A DNA stretch of 64,000 nt. It comes from Setoptus koraiensis (Eukaryota > Animalia > Arthropoda). The notes beneath the pieces were generated by a model. That model saw nothing but the letters and a program-made list of their open reading frames with translations, had not been told where the DNA came from and ran no database searches. Both the position numbers and the translations under genes were made by a program. Shown piece after piece: positions 26,401 through 39,738 of the stretch; position 1 is the stretch's first letter; every line of letters starts with the position of its first letter. The stretch is taken from positions 21,328,001-21,392,000 of the forward strand of contig CM106585.1 of NCBI GenBank assembly GCA_048013815.1, given 5' to 3'.

Positions 26401-29400
26401 ATGTCTGAGTCGTTGTAATTTTTGAATTATCGCCACAAAAGTTGTCCGCTTGAAGAGGGTTGAGTTCCGGGCGACGGTGGCGCCATCTCTGGCGCGAACG
26501 CAGGCCGCAATTGTGGTTAATTGTTCAACTAATTAATTAGGCACTGTGTGCAACCGGTGCTCGTTAGTTAGTGCGGCCACAACATCCGCTCGCTATGTGG
26601 CTGTGGCACACAAACGATAACGGTCCTGTTGCGCAATGCAAACTGTGCGACAGTGCCAACGGCGGTGCCTGTCAGAGCACACGTTGTTGCACGCTAATGC
26701 ACGTTGTTGCACGTTGTTGCACGTTGTTGCACGTTGCAAAGCCATCACCGGAAACGGCGTCCGATTTCGCGACTCTCACAGCCGCGTCCGCATCACAACT
26801 GTTGATGGTGGCGCCCCCGTCGCAAATGGGCAAACATGCCAAAAACACAATGCACAGACGGCTGGCAGTAGAGCGATCGAGACAAAGGCGAGCAAGCTCG
26901 TTGCGCAACCATCCAATCACCTGTCGTGCGTGTAACTGTGTTAAATTAACACAGTTAACATAACGACGCGCTTATTTGCATATTTCAATTGTGTGCGTGC
27001 CGACGCAGCGAGTTGTTTGGCGAGCTAGCTTGACAGCACATTGAGCGCAACGGTTGCGCTGTTGTCAGTGTTCACTGTCACCTGTCGTGGATGTTGCTGC
27101 GAATGAGTCACCCAAGCAACAGGTGACTCACAGCCGACAATTGTAAACATTGTGGCTGTCGCCTGTCGCTTATGGGAGCATCGTTTGCGTACGCACAGCT
27201 AACAATGCGCGGTTATGTAATGAAAGCTGCCGAGATTGACGATTGGAGGAATTGTGAGAGAGATTCCAGCGACGGGCTTGCTTTTGGCGGAATCGGCGAC
27301 GCTGTTCGCTCGTTTTCGCTCGTTTGTCTCTCTCTCACAAGGGAGTTTGTCAGAGTCTCGCAGGCACTTATAACATTAATACCGCAAACAATGACACAAT
27401 TTGCACGTTACATGCAAATTGTTGTTTGGCGCGATGGGCCGTCATGTGACACGCGAATTCGAACGAAGGCTCGCGTTGCAACAGCGACGCGCCGACAACA
27501 GCGACAACAGCGACAACAGCGACGCGCCGACAACAGCCACAATGGCGCCCACTACGTCGACGAGCATGAGCCGCACAACAGGTAACGGCGGCTTGCGCAG
27601 CCGCTTGGGGGCGCACAATGGGCACATCAATCGATAATTGTTGTCTCGTTGGCACGGTGATATAATAATGATGATATATCAACGTGCCAGCGAGAAACAA
27701 TGCAAACCGGTTTGCCGGTTGTGTCGTGCCGCCATCCATTATCGTTTGTCTCTTTTGATCAGTCTTTTGGCAAGCAGTTGGCAGGCAGCGCGCACAGTTG
27801 CGCAACTAGCTTGCCAGAGCGCACACGGTTTGGGCTGCGCTCGCTGCGCATTTTGTGTGATACATAATTCACACAGCAACATGTAAAAACATGCGAAAAC
27901 TTATATGAAAACGTTGAAAAATATACTAAAATATAGAAAAATATCCATGAAAACACAACTGTTGTCGCATTGTCGCAATCTGGAACAATCATCATTGGCG
28001 AGCTTGTCGTGGCAAGCTCTGCAAAGTTGCTTGTTTGTCACAATGTCAATTCAAGCTGCCGTTGGTCGGCGACAGAAACGATCAAAATCGATGGCCAGCG
28101 CACAGTCACACAGTGGATGAAATGCCGACTAAATCGAGAATAATCGAGTATTGTCATTGAAAGTTGATAATTGAAAATCATCAATCAACTTGTTGTTTGC
28201 AAACGCAACGTCTGACATGAACGACACATGAATTAAATGCCATTAAATACCCACTGCGGGCCAATGTCACACTTACTGTTGCTGTTATTAGATACTGTTA
28301 TTTCCAGTTGACAACCGGCCAAAACCGGCCCGCATGAATTAATAGCGTTATTGTTGCGTTATTACTGTGGTTATTGGGCGCTTGTCGTTGTTGTTATTGT
28401 TGTTGTTGTTATTGTTGTTGCTGTTACTTGTTGTTGGCGTTAGTGTAAATACTGGCGACACTCGCAAACAATGTGACAATCGCAGACTGTGCAGTGTAGA
28501 GACAATTTCTACATGACAGTTAATTTGATCTTGGCATCAAATTAACTGTCGTGGCGTCTGGCTATCACAATTGTTTGCGCATCAGTTTAAATTGCTGGAT
28601 GCCCAATGTAATCACAATTACAGACACAATACGACAGTTTCGTCTATTTGCTTTGTTACTGTTTATTGACGACTGTATAGGCGCCACACCAACCGCCGCA
28701 ACAACCGCCGCAACAACCGCCGCAACAACCAGACCGACGACAGCAACGGCCACGACCGGTCGAGCGTCGTTCGTGGCCCGATGTGACACATATCAATCAA
28801 TAAGTAGCGCGGTTGTTAAGTTATCGGTTGTCTTGTCTGGCCGATCGACGAGCCGTTACTTTGAATAGCCATCTAGCCTAGACGATCTAGCCTAGACGAT
28901 CTAGCCCTAGATCATCTGTGTGCCCGACGATGTGGTGAAATATGACACCCACACACTGTCTGCCACGACACTCTGTGACCGTTATGGCCGGCCTGTTGAT
29001 CGCAATCAAGGCGCATTTTTGCAGTTTCAACGACAAATTGGAGAGCGCCGGATGTTGCAAGATTTGACAGTCACTCTATCGCACGCTATCTCAGCAACAG
29101 TAAACAGCTCTCACTGCCATCAAATAGCGAACTGTGAATAAACAATTAATCAGCCAGCCGATCAATTAATCAACAGATCGCGATATTAGTTAATCACAAG
29201 CTAATTGAAATAACTGTGCTGCGCAATTACAAGCGCGTGATGACATTTATTTTGGCGTCGTCATCTCGTTTTGTGTTGTGTCAGAATATGATTTTTGGTT
29301 TAGTTTTCGAGTCACAGTTTAAAACGGCTCATTACATATGTACAATTATATCGACATTACAGATCGAGGCAAATAATAGTCGATGATATAATAGGCGACA

Positions 29401-32369
29401 ACAGTTATGGCTCGATCGTTGGTGATGGGCGCATCGCGGATTTATTATCGGCGCTGAGCGAAATCATCGGCGCTGAGCGAATTGAAAGAATTAATGCGTT
29501 ATATCATCAAATTGCGCGCATGTTATGTAACGAGCAAGCTACCATGAGCAAGTGTTAGTCATCTTTCCAGAAGCTTGCTTGGGATTATAAATTGAATGAT
29601 TGGAAATGGCTGGCATAAGCTAAGAGCGGCTATCATGATGGCCATCATGGTCGTCATCGTCATCATCATTAGATAGCGGCAAGTATCATATCAATTGGAT
29701 AATGGCAACTTGTCGATGATAATGATAGCTAGCGAGCACCACGTCATGTGTCGCTCATCGTATAATAGTGATACTAGTGATATTATTGTACAGTGTGAGC
29801 ATAAAAAGAGTGGATTACATAAGATAAATGGATAACAGCCCAAGAGATAACATTGAGAGACATGATAGGTTACAAGGTTACAATACCATATAGTGGTTGT
29901 CCTCGTCCTTGCACTTGACTTGCTGCTTAGCCAGCTTGACACTGACATTCACCTAGACATTGAAAAAGAGCTAGCTACACACAGAGCACAGAGCAGCCAG
30001 ATAAGCCAAGGGCACAAAATGGCGACAAACTGATTGATTACATAGTTGAGTTGAGCCGGCTTGCAAGAGCTCAATTGATGTACGAGAGCCAACAAACTAA
30101 ATGAATATTATTATTATCACAAGTAGTGGTAGTATCAGCAGCAGCGGTTCTGCCAAGCTCGCCAGTTATAAATATAAATAAAGTTGCTACGCTCGCTTGC
30201 CAAGCTAGCTGATGGAGCTGAATGGTGCAAAAGATAACAGACAACCATGAGACCATATAACAGCTACGCTAGAGTCATAAAATAAAACAAACTTGAGCAA
30301 CCATCCCTCTTCAACGGCAACGGCAACAGCAACGGCAATGGCAACGCCAATGGCAACGGCAACGCCAATGGAAACGCCAAAAAACTGTTACGTAACTAGT
30401 GACTAAAACTCGGGTGAAACGAAGTGACAAACTCTCTAGTTAGTAGCCACCGCCAATATAACAACCTTTGCAAAACACTGAGCTTGTCGAGCCGAAATTT
30501 CGGCAAATGATCTGGTGAACAGACTAGAAAAATTATGAAAATTATGGCGACACAAGCTCACGCGCTTATTTTTTCCTCGCTAACCTGTACAGGCGTCTCG
30601 AAAATACTCGATAATTCTCACTAATACTCCACAATAATGCTACAATCAATGATTGGCAGCCATTGAGCAGTTACATAATTACATACAGTCGCCAAGTCTG
30701 GTCGGCCTGGCTCGTCGCATCTCGGCCAGTTGAATAGTCGCCCGTCCTGTCCTCAATGTCGTCGTTCCTCGTGTTGATGAACTTCGCTCTGTTCCGATGA
30801 GCGTCGCAATACCCAGTTCCCATTAATTACTTGATTGTAATTAATTAATTTCCGATTATTTCCAATCGTGACGCAGACACAATTGCAGCCATTGTTACAT
30901 GATGTCATAATCATCGATATCCCGCGAATTCAATTGATGGCGTCACCGACCGCAGGAGAATTGAATAATTGAGGGAAATTGGAGAAATTGGAGAAATTAA
31001 AGAGATTGAAGCGATTGAAGCGATAGAAGAAATTGAAGAAATTGAAGAAAAACTGACGCAAATCAATTCTTCTGCACTGCGGCACAGTAACTGTGCTGAG
31101 CAGAATTTCACTTCTCGGTGAACTGCGCCGCTCTCCGCCGATCATTCACGTGCATCGCTGTTCCGGAAAATGAGCCAAAAGCGCACGCTGAACAGCCTGT
31201 GCGCAGTCACAGGTAACTGCTGCAATCGACGGCAATTCGTATTTGAAGAAATCGCCTCTTATGTCATATATTATATTGTTTTAGGCCCTGTTTGCTATAT
31301 CCGATGGTTTCGAGCTGCAGAGCAGCATGTCGGCAATATGTGAGTTGCCGTAATTGGCTCGACAGGTGCCGTTGCGAGTTTGAGCCGACAATCGACGATC
31401 ATGATGCCATGAATCATCATGTGTGTCTCAGTGCGAGTAATACGCCTGAATCAGCCAATCGTGCCGATCGGCTTATTAGCTAATGGCGGAGGGCCTATCA
31501 GCGTGGATAATACGATAATATAAATGGGGAGAACGAGAGGATAAGCAATTGGCAAGGAGGTGGCAATTGTATTGAAACAGACGATGGAAACGGGCTGGCA
31601 AAAACAAGTCAAGTTAAACACAAATTGCGCGAGCCAAATTGAACAAAAGGCTGTTATGCAAGCAGATTTTGCTTTCTCTGGCTCGTTTTATCACTGTTGT
31701 TTCGACACGAGCCAGGCCGGGATAATATTGATATTTTAAAACAACTGTCAGAGAGTTACGACAGTTCACAGTCTGGGCAAAAAGGGAAAAGATCAAGCTC
31801 ACGCTATTACTGGCTCTGTTATTGCCATCATCGGTATTATGGCTGCCATTTGGATGGCGCTGCCAACCTAACCGATTGGCACCATCACCCAAGTGTCTGT
31901 TGAATCACATCCAGCTCGAAGCCGACATGTTGTGCCACAAAATTGTATGGCTGATTTGGCGGATCTGGCTAGATTGCTCGCCACGATCAGCGTGATCAAG
32001 CCGAGGGGGCCCCACGAAGCGCGCCTTTGGCCGGCCCGTCGACAGGCACGAGTGGCGCGAGTTGTCGGGCTTATTTGTGGGGCTTTGCAGGGTATATTTT
32101 GTAATTTAGTGGTAATTGGGTACATTTAGGTACATTTTTGGTGCCACATGGGCATGCATAAAATCACTGTCAGAACTGTTTTGGGCTAGCTTGCTTGGTC
32201 AGACCGTTGCATTGTTGCTCTGACAATTGTGATTGTTGTAACTATTAATGGTGGCCAATTGTGCACTGGTGCAAATTGCTCGCAGCAGCATGTTATTTGC
32301 TGTTGATACGTGTAGATATTGTGTTGTGGTATCGGCTGCTGTCACACTGGCGTCGTTGTTGTCTGCCAG

Positions 32370-32460
32370 CAACAACAACAACAACGACGACAACAACGAC
32401 AACAACGACAACAACGACAACAACGACAACAACGACAACAACGACAACGACGACAACAAC
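32370..32460. repeat. (CAA/CGA) mixed trinucleotide repeat, mainly a 9-nt unit CAACAACGA
   Basis: Visible tandem units. Confidence 0.9.
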
Positions 32461-35147
32461 ATCGGATCAGATGCACTGGCGATAGAGAGGCACTCGAGAG
32501 AGTGCAACAGACAGCGTTTGGCGGCGGCAGCGGCGGCAATTGCAACGGTCTTGACATATGATATGACACACGACGGTTGTGGCGGTTACACAACGACAGC
32601 GGCAGCGCCATCTAGCCCTAGTTGGCGGCAAGCGGGCCAACTTGCAATTTTGGCTAGACAGTTTTTGGCAGTGCTACAGGGCGAGCTGGCATGGGTAATG
32701 GCTGGTGTCGTTGATTGTGAGTTGTCTAGTTCAAGTTCAAAATGACAGACAAGTTCAAGTTCAAGGAATTTGCTGGCTTATTTATCTATTATGTGTGAGT
32801 GTGCATTATAAGTTGGCTATAAGTGTAGCTACAAGCGGCGCAGCTAGAAATAGCAAGCTGGCTGATATGTTAATTTGATCGAGTTTTTTCCTTTTTGTGT
32901 TATGTAATAGTAATAGCGACACTACTGCTACCTATGCGATTTGTATGGATATAATTACACGACGTTGTGTGTTAACATTGTGCCCTGTGTCAACTTTACG
33001 CTACACACACACGCACACCAACACTGTGTTGGCAACACACACACGCACACAACTGTCGGTAGTCTAGACGGCGGAGACGGTGGACGACAAAAATAATGGA
33101 GCATTGATCAAAAAGTGTCACTTGTTGCCTCGAGACCTTTATTTATTATTGTGCCAGCCAGCTGGTAATACGATTCACTTTGCAATTCACTCGGTGAATA
33201 AACGAAAGTTGCCACTATTCACCGATAGTGATTCGCCATTATCGCGGCTGGATCCCGTCCATGTATCCGTCTATCCACGCATTCATGCATCCATGTATCC
33301 GTCTGTCCATGGATAAATAAATGCATTTATCCGCCTATCCATGGATAAATGGATACATGTATCCACGCTAGCGAGAACGGCGTCAAGGGCGGTTATCGCA
33401 GCCTACAGCGACATGGTTGCATCAAGCTGGCATTGATATATAGTTGATATATAGTTACACATATAGCTACATAATAGTTGCGTGAGTGTGTGTGTGTTTG
33501 ACCGTGGCACACACACACGCACGCACACACTCATGCGATGAATGTATATAAATATATTAATGTATAAATAGACTAGACTAACACTGACACCCACACTGAT
33601 TTTAGATGCTAATAGTGGTAGTTGCGCCATTAATTACAGTTACGTAACTGCGGCTGTGGCTGCCATAATTGTGAGCAAACAGTGCACAGAGCAATGTAAT
33701 TAATGGCACTCTCACTCGATTAACGAGCTCACAAATTTGCGGCTTTCCACCATTTCAATGCTAATAATGATACTAATACTAATACTACCAATGCCATACA
33801 AACCGTCTACGATACAAAGCGTATGCGGGCCCTGGCGACCGTCGTCGCAACTACACGCTGGTAACTGGTACTGTCACTTGGTAGCGTCACCACTTACACT
33901 TTTGTGAAATACTCAATCATAATCATAAAATAAAAATAAAAATAATAAAATATAATTTTTCCTAATGATAAACATCATTATAAAAACTGTAATCAACAAT
34001 GGGTTGCGTGAGAGTTGCCTATTGTGAAATGATTGAGTGCCAGCGAAAATGTTAGAAATGTAATAATAGCAATTGTTTTTGCAACCGTCGTGTTTCATTC
34101 ATCTTTATCGGATAAATTTTATCGTTGTGCTCGTTGCCATATCTCGTCCTGTCGTCGTATCGTGGCATCTATTTTTGATCACAGGACAGCGAACCGATAG
34201 CATCATTTATTACATGCTTACATCATGTCTCACAATTGTGCCGAACGTTACTTTTGCTCTAGCTACTTGCAATCAATGGCAGACGGCAGTTGTAACGGCA
34301 GCTCGTTGTTTGTCATTTGTGTTTATTTCCATCACAATTGTACAATTGTGATGGAAATAATTGCCCAAATAGCGACATTGCGTCAATTAATCAATCGAAT
34401 ATCCTCTCTTCACTTGAGTGACTTTATGCGCGAGTCCACGTTTCGACACTCGAACGACAGCCGACGACGGCGAGCCAATGATAGAGCCAATGATAGGCCC
34501 AATGATGGCGAGCGATTGGCGATGAATGGGTGCAAAAGAATAAACAATTGTCGCATGAGATACATCTAATGTAATGCAGCAATAGCTACATCTAATGTAA
34601 TGTAACAATAGCTACATTGGCCACCAGTGACAGCTGACACAGCCGATAGTGTGTTGGTTGCATGACATAACAGTGTTATGACTAGTGTGACTATTGTCGA
34701 GTGTTGCGCAATATAATAATATAATAATATAAATATATCAATATAAACTAAAGTAACATATACAAATGGGAGCGGAGCGCCGTTACAACAACGGCCACAA
34801 CGAACAACAACAAATGCATGATGAGCAACAAGTGCATGCGTTTGGCTCAAAAGCTGGCATAAAGTCGCAAAATGACACCAAACGGCAAGCGATAAGACTC
34901 ATAAGACGGATTATGAGTCAGTTTGAGAGAGTTTGCAAGATGTGCGTTGCGCAAGACGCCGCCATGAGCACATCAAAGCGTCATATGCAACCACATATAC
35001 AATTATCATATCACATATATATAAATATTACAGTGCAAGTATGTGCAAAATCTAGCCATAAAACCCGCTGAAATGTCATAATGGCATAATGCGTCGCGAC
35101 ATTGTTTGCGCAAAATGGCAAGCGCGCTTGCATCACACAACAACAAT

Positions 35148-35207
<60 letters not shown>
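35148..35207. repeat. (GAC)n microsatellite, ~20 units
   Basis: Pure trinucleotide run. Confidence 0.95.
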
Positions 35208-35209
<2 letters not shown>

Positions 35210-37399
35210 CAGTGCCATGCAAAAGCAAGCAATGCCGAGCTGGCCATGTTAATAGCTGATACTCACAATATTTGTTGTATTACGTAACATTTGATACACT
35301 TGTGTGTTGCAGGCAAATGTTAGGCCATTAGGCGAGCTAGTTTAGTCAGTTAGTTAGCTAGTTGGTTGGCGGTGATAACTTTGCGCTTGTGCCAGCTCGC
35401 CTGTCCGTTATCTTGCCAGTTTATCGCCAAGTAACGTTTCTTTTTATTATTATTAGTATTACTATTTATTTAGATTGCTATCTCGGCTCGTCAGCGCCAC
35501 ATAAACAGCGTAGCGAGCGCTATTTATGTGGCGCTGTAACGGTAATACGGTCGCATATCCATATGCGACTAGCTAAGGTTACCATTTCATCTGATGGCAG
35601 CCCAAATATCAGCCCGCTCATTGCTGTATATTTAGTCTATTTAGCTTACAGATTAGACATATTATATCTTTTATTATATCATACGACTTGTATGTGTGTA
35701 GAGTGCATGTGGGCGCAATGTCAATGTTACACAAACACCGTTTTGCACACTTTTGGGCCCGTTCACAACGCCACCACAACATTATACACAAAGTTGTGTA
35801 TTGATCGTGTATAAATGATGATATAAATAGCCAACTGGAGGCAATTAATTCTCCACATTGGCTCATTGTTTGTTTTGTCTAGCTGTCTGTTCAATGTCAA
35901 TGCTGTTGTGCTGCCAACAACCGCCAACTACCGCCAACCGTTGTGCTGCCATCAACCAACAACAACCGCCAACAACCGCCAACAACCGCCAACAACCGCC
36001 AACAACCGCCAACTACCGCCAACAACCGACGACAACAGTCTCTATGTGCAGCAGTTTGACATTGACATTGAATTTAAACTATCGCCACTATTAGCGGTGC
36101 AACAAATAAGTCACAAGTTATCAAGTTGAGATAGTTAAGTCAATGTCATGGCGCAGTTTCGTGAGATTGACGCATGGCGCTAGCTACATACAAAAGCTTA
36201 TACTGGCTGATAATATATATATATTAGTATTTGTATTAATTTTAATACAACTAATGCTGATAATTGCTGTTACACAAACATATTGCTGTTATTACTATTA
36301 CTATTACCACCAGCATGTTATCTGCCATAAATGTGTGCAATATGGCAGTGACACAATCGACGCTCCACTCAAACGCTACTCGCACTAACAGTTACACTGA
36401 CTTACATTTACAATGTTGTTACGTAACGTCTGCTGCGCTTTGCAACGCTCGCAAAACTGCCAAAACACAGCTCTTACACAATATACTTACTATTATACCA
36501 ATATCCACGTTATGTACGCGCTATTCACGCACTATTCACGCGCAAATAGCGGCCCTCAATTGGGTCGTGTCGTGTCGTGTCCTGTCACAGGTGACAACTG
36601 GCAACATTGGCGCTAACTAATGATAATTATTCAAATGATATTTATTCAAAACACAGCGACTACTCACAAGTGTCATGAGTCAACTATCGGGCGGCGATTG
36701 GCGGCTCGCAACTAGCGGCCAGTCACTGGCCGCTAGTAACTGGCAGCCAGTTGTAGTGATGAAACAGCGCCATCTTTGCGCCGTAAGCGAGCGAGAGTAG
36801 TCATACGATAATCGATGCCGATTATCTCAACTGGCAACCAACAACTAACAGCTCGCACAACGCAACAAACACAGTCTGGCCAATCTCTGTTATCACAGCC
36901 TATTGCGTAATACTCACAATACAGTACAGACAATATAATATTGAGTTGATTATTAGCGCTACAGTTTGAGAGTGACAGCGTCGTCGTGAGCGACGACTAT
37001 CTAACGTTTTGCTCGGCACAAACTGGCAATGGTAACTGTTGCACGACGACTGCGAGCCGTTTTTGATTGCGCAACAGTGGGCGCATGTTACAACAATAAC
37101 AACAACAACGACGACAACAACAACAACATCCTCTTGTGGCGTCGTTATCTCGTCGCTGACAGCGTTGCGTCGTGCCTAGTTGTGTTATGTAAGCGCTGCC
37201 ATCCAGTTGATAGCATCAACTGCGGTCGCCGGTCGCGTTGCCTAGTGGCCGATCGCCGCAACCTCGAGTCTCTCGACTCGAGAGTCTCGAGCCAGCTCTC
37301 AAACGAACTCTCAAACAGACCCTCAAACAGTTTGAGTCAAACTGTCTCGAGGCAGATCAATCTCACACTTGGCCTCTCGCCGTGTGTATCGTTTGTGTG

Positions 37400-38846
37400 T
37401 TACGTAATGGCGTGCGAGTGCAAATTTTCTAGTGGCTCACTCAATGTTGAGCCTGCCGGAGCGTGGGCACCAGCAGCAGTCGATGATGTAAAACTGTGCG
37501 CGCGATGCTTATCTGGCTGCTGTGGCTTGTCTCAGATCGAGCGTCCGGGCGACCGGGCCGGCTGACAGTGACTGCCAACAGTGACTGCTAACAGTTATTA
37601 TCTGCCGGCCCGATGAGGGCTCTGTTGCGCAACAGTGCGCCTCTCGTTAGCTCTCTCACTAGTTTGTTGGCTCTCGCTAGTTTGTCGGCTCTCGCTAGTT
37701 TGTCGGCTCTCGTCGGCATTCCGACTGGCGCTGGCTGCCGACGAGAAGCCGACAAACCGACGACTCGCCAGCGAAAAGAAGAGAAGAGAGGAGAAAAGAA
37801 CAGTTAAGCAGCAGCCGAGAAAAAGCCGAGAAAAGGCCGAGCAACGGGCACGCATCAACGCCAGCCGCGACACCGCGGCCAAACGGGCCAATTGGCGGCC
37901 ATCTTTTCTCTCGCCGGCGCCACATTACGTAAGCCGGAGCTGATGAGTGAGAGTGGCGCAGCACAGCGTCAGCGTGTATGTGTGTCAGTAGTGAAAGTGG
38001 CCGTAATGGCTGGCGTTACGTAACGTTAGCCGCTAACTGTTGCGCTGTTGCCTTGACTGGTGCGTGAGACGACGACGGCGCCGGCCAGCATGGCCCAGGC
38101 CCTGCATTATGTAACACACGCTTCATTATATAATACACGCTTCGTTATGTAACACACGCTTAGTTATGTAACAGCGCTGCTATTCAGTGCGCTGATGCTG
38201 CCGCTGATAATGGCCACGCCGGCCCGGCCAGAAGACCGTTATTTAATCGTTACGTAACGCTCGCTCGTGTGTGTGTGTCTCACTGTGATGTGTGCTGTTA
38301 TGCTGGTGTGTGACGGCACTTGAGCCGCTCAAGTTGAGCGTCCGTCGGCCCGATAACGCGCCGGCACAGTGAAGCGGGCGGCCGAAGCCGCGGCCATGAG
38401 CAAACACTGTAATGGCCGTAATGGCGCTCGCAGTATTTGCATTCCGCTGACCACTGGCCGCCCGACTCGCTGGCCTTGATGGACACGGCCGACCGACTGT
38501 CCACGCCCCACAGCGCTTAACCAAACACTCGACCGGCTGTTGGCTGCAGTTGCCGTTGCCGGCCAGTTTCTCAGCCGTCGAGCTGACCAGCGCTTCGAGC
38601 TCCGAATCAGAGCTTCGAGCTTCGGAAAGCCAAATCCGAGCTTCGGAAGGCCAAATGCGAGCCTCGAAAAGCGAAATTCGTACGCGAAATGCGAGCTTCG
38701 AAAAGCGAAATTCGAATGCCAAATTCGAAAGTGAAAGTTGCCGACGAAGCAGCTGCTCGGAGCTCGCAACGCCGACGGACGGCCATTACGTAATGTGTGT
38801 GTGTGTGTGTGTGCACTAGCTCATGCGCTGGCTGCCTATTACGTAA
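37400..38846. promoter_or_regulatory. Homotypic cluster of PAR-bZIP/D-box sites (candidate enhancer)
   Basis: Nine TTACGTAA/TTATGTAA sites in 1.45 kb at 37400, 37925, 38016, 38107, 38145, 38164, 38250, 38786 and 38839, mostly with different flanks. Confidence 0.55.
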
Positions 38847-39550
38847 CAATGGCCGTCCCTGTGGCAGCAGCATCGGCGCAAGTTGTTGCTGTTGTTGCCG
38901 TTGTTGCTGTTGTTGTTGTTATGCAAGAGCAAGCAACGTTGCTGGAGCGTCGATATTGTTTCGCAACGATATTGTGTTCTCACAGCACAACAACTGCCAG
39001 GCAATTGCGCAATAGTAGTGATAGTATTAGTGGCATGTGTGTGTGTGTGTGTGTGTGTGATGCGATGTGATGTTATGGCCGCGCGGCCGTAAACAAGTGC
39101 AACTGCTGCAATTGAAAGCGTACGGTCAACTGTGCCAGTGTCTGGCCGATGCAAACTCACACAACTGCCATTACGCAACAGCAGCAGCAGCTTGTTGCAG
39201 TTGTTAAAAGTCGGTACCGGTCGGCCGGTTGTTGGCGCTGTTGCGCAACACACACACACAATGGACCGAATAAATGGCTTCGTCCGGCGCCTCGTTGCAC
39301 CGGCCAACGCCTCATGATGACGCAACAGCGCCAGCAACAACAACAACAACAACTACAACGGCCACAACAGCGGCAACAACAACAACTGCAAAGTTGCGTC
39401 ACACACACCATCACTGGATGCTGTTGGTGCGCTCATGCAACGTTGATATACTTTGCACGCTTTATACGTCGCATTTGCTGCGGCTCACACAGTGCGTATG
39501 GCCTTGCACTAACTGCCCACTAGCACCGACGCCGACAACAACAACGGCCA

Positions 39551-39586
39551 GTTGTTGTTGCCGTTGCTGTTGCCGTTGCTGTTGCC

Positions 39587-39675
<89 letters not shown>

Positions 39676-39738
39676 CGTTGCTGTTGTTGTTGCTGTTGTT
39701 GCCGTTGTTGCCGTTGTTGCTGTTGCTGCTGTTGCTGC
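39551..39738. repeat. (GTTGCT/GTTGCC)n hexamer array, ~30 units
   Basis: Visible tandem units; source of the poly-L, poly-C and poly-Q ORFs. Confidence 0.95.

Noticed and set aside
29304-29567. 88-codon stop-free plus-strand frame (..IIVDDIIGDNSYGSIVGDGRIADLLSALSEIIGAERIERINAL..)
   Set aside because: It reads protein-like but has no early start codon, no convincing donor, includes a 16-nt duplication and is not a recognisable family. Its length is within chance; RNA-seq would settle it.
30969-31121. EIGEIGEIKEIEAIEAIEEIEE-type reading from a 9-nt periodic purine-rich repeat
   Set aside because: Closed by an in-frame TAA immediately upstream, with no ATG or acceptor; treated as a minisatellite.
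33250-33270. LDPVH peptide resembling the pri/tal LDPTGxY motif
   Set aside because: It lacks TGxY, is not a repeated smORF, and falls in the ATCC repeat hairpin region. I found no pri/tal-like peptides in the window.
36891-36900. TATCACAGCC (miR-2/13 family 5' end)
   Set aside because: Only 10 nt match and there is no adequately pairing upstream arm.
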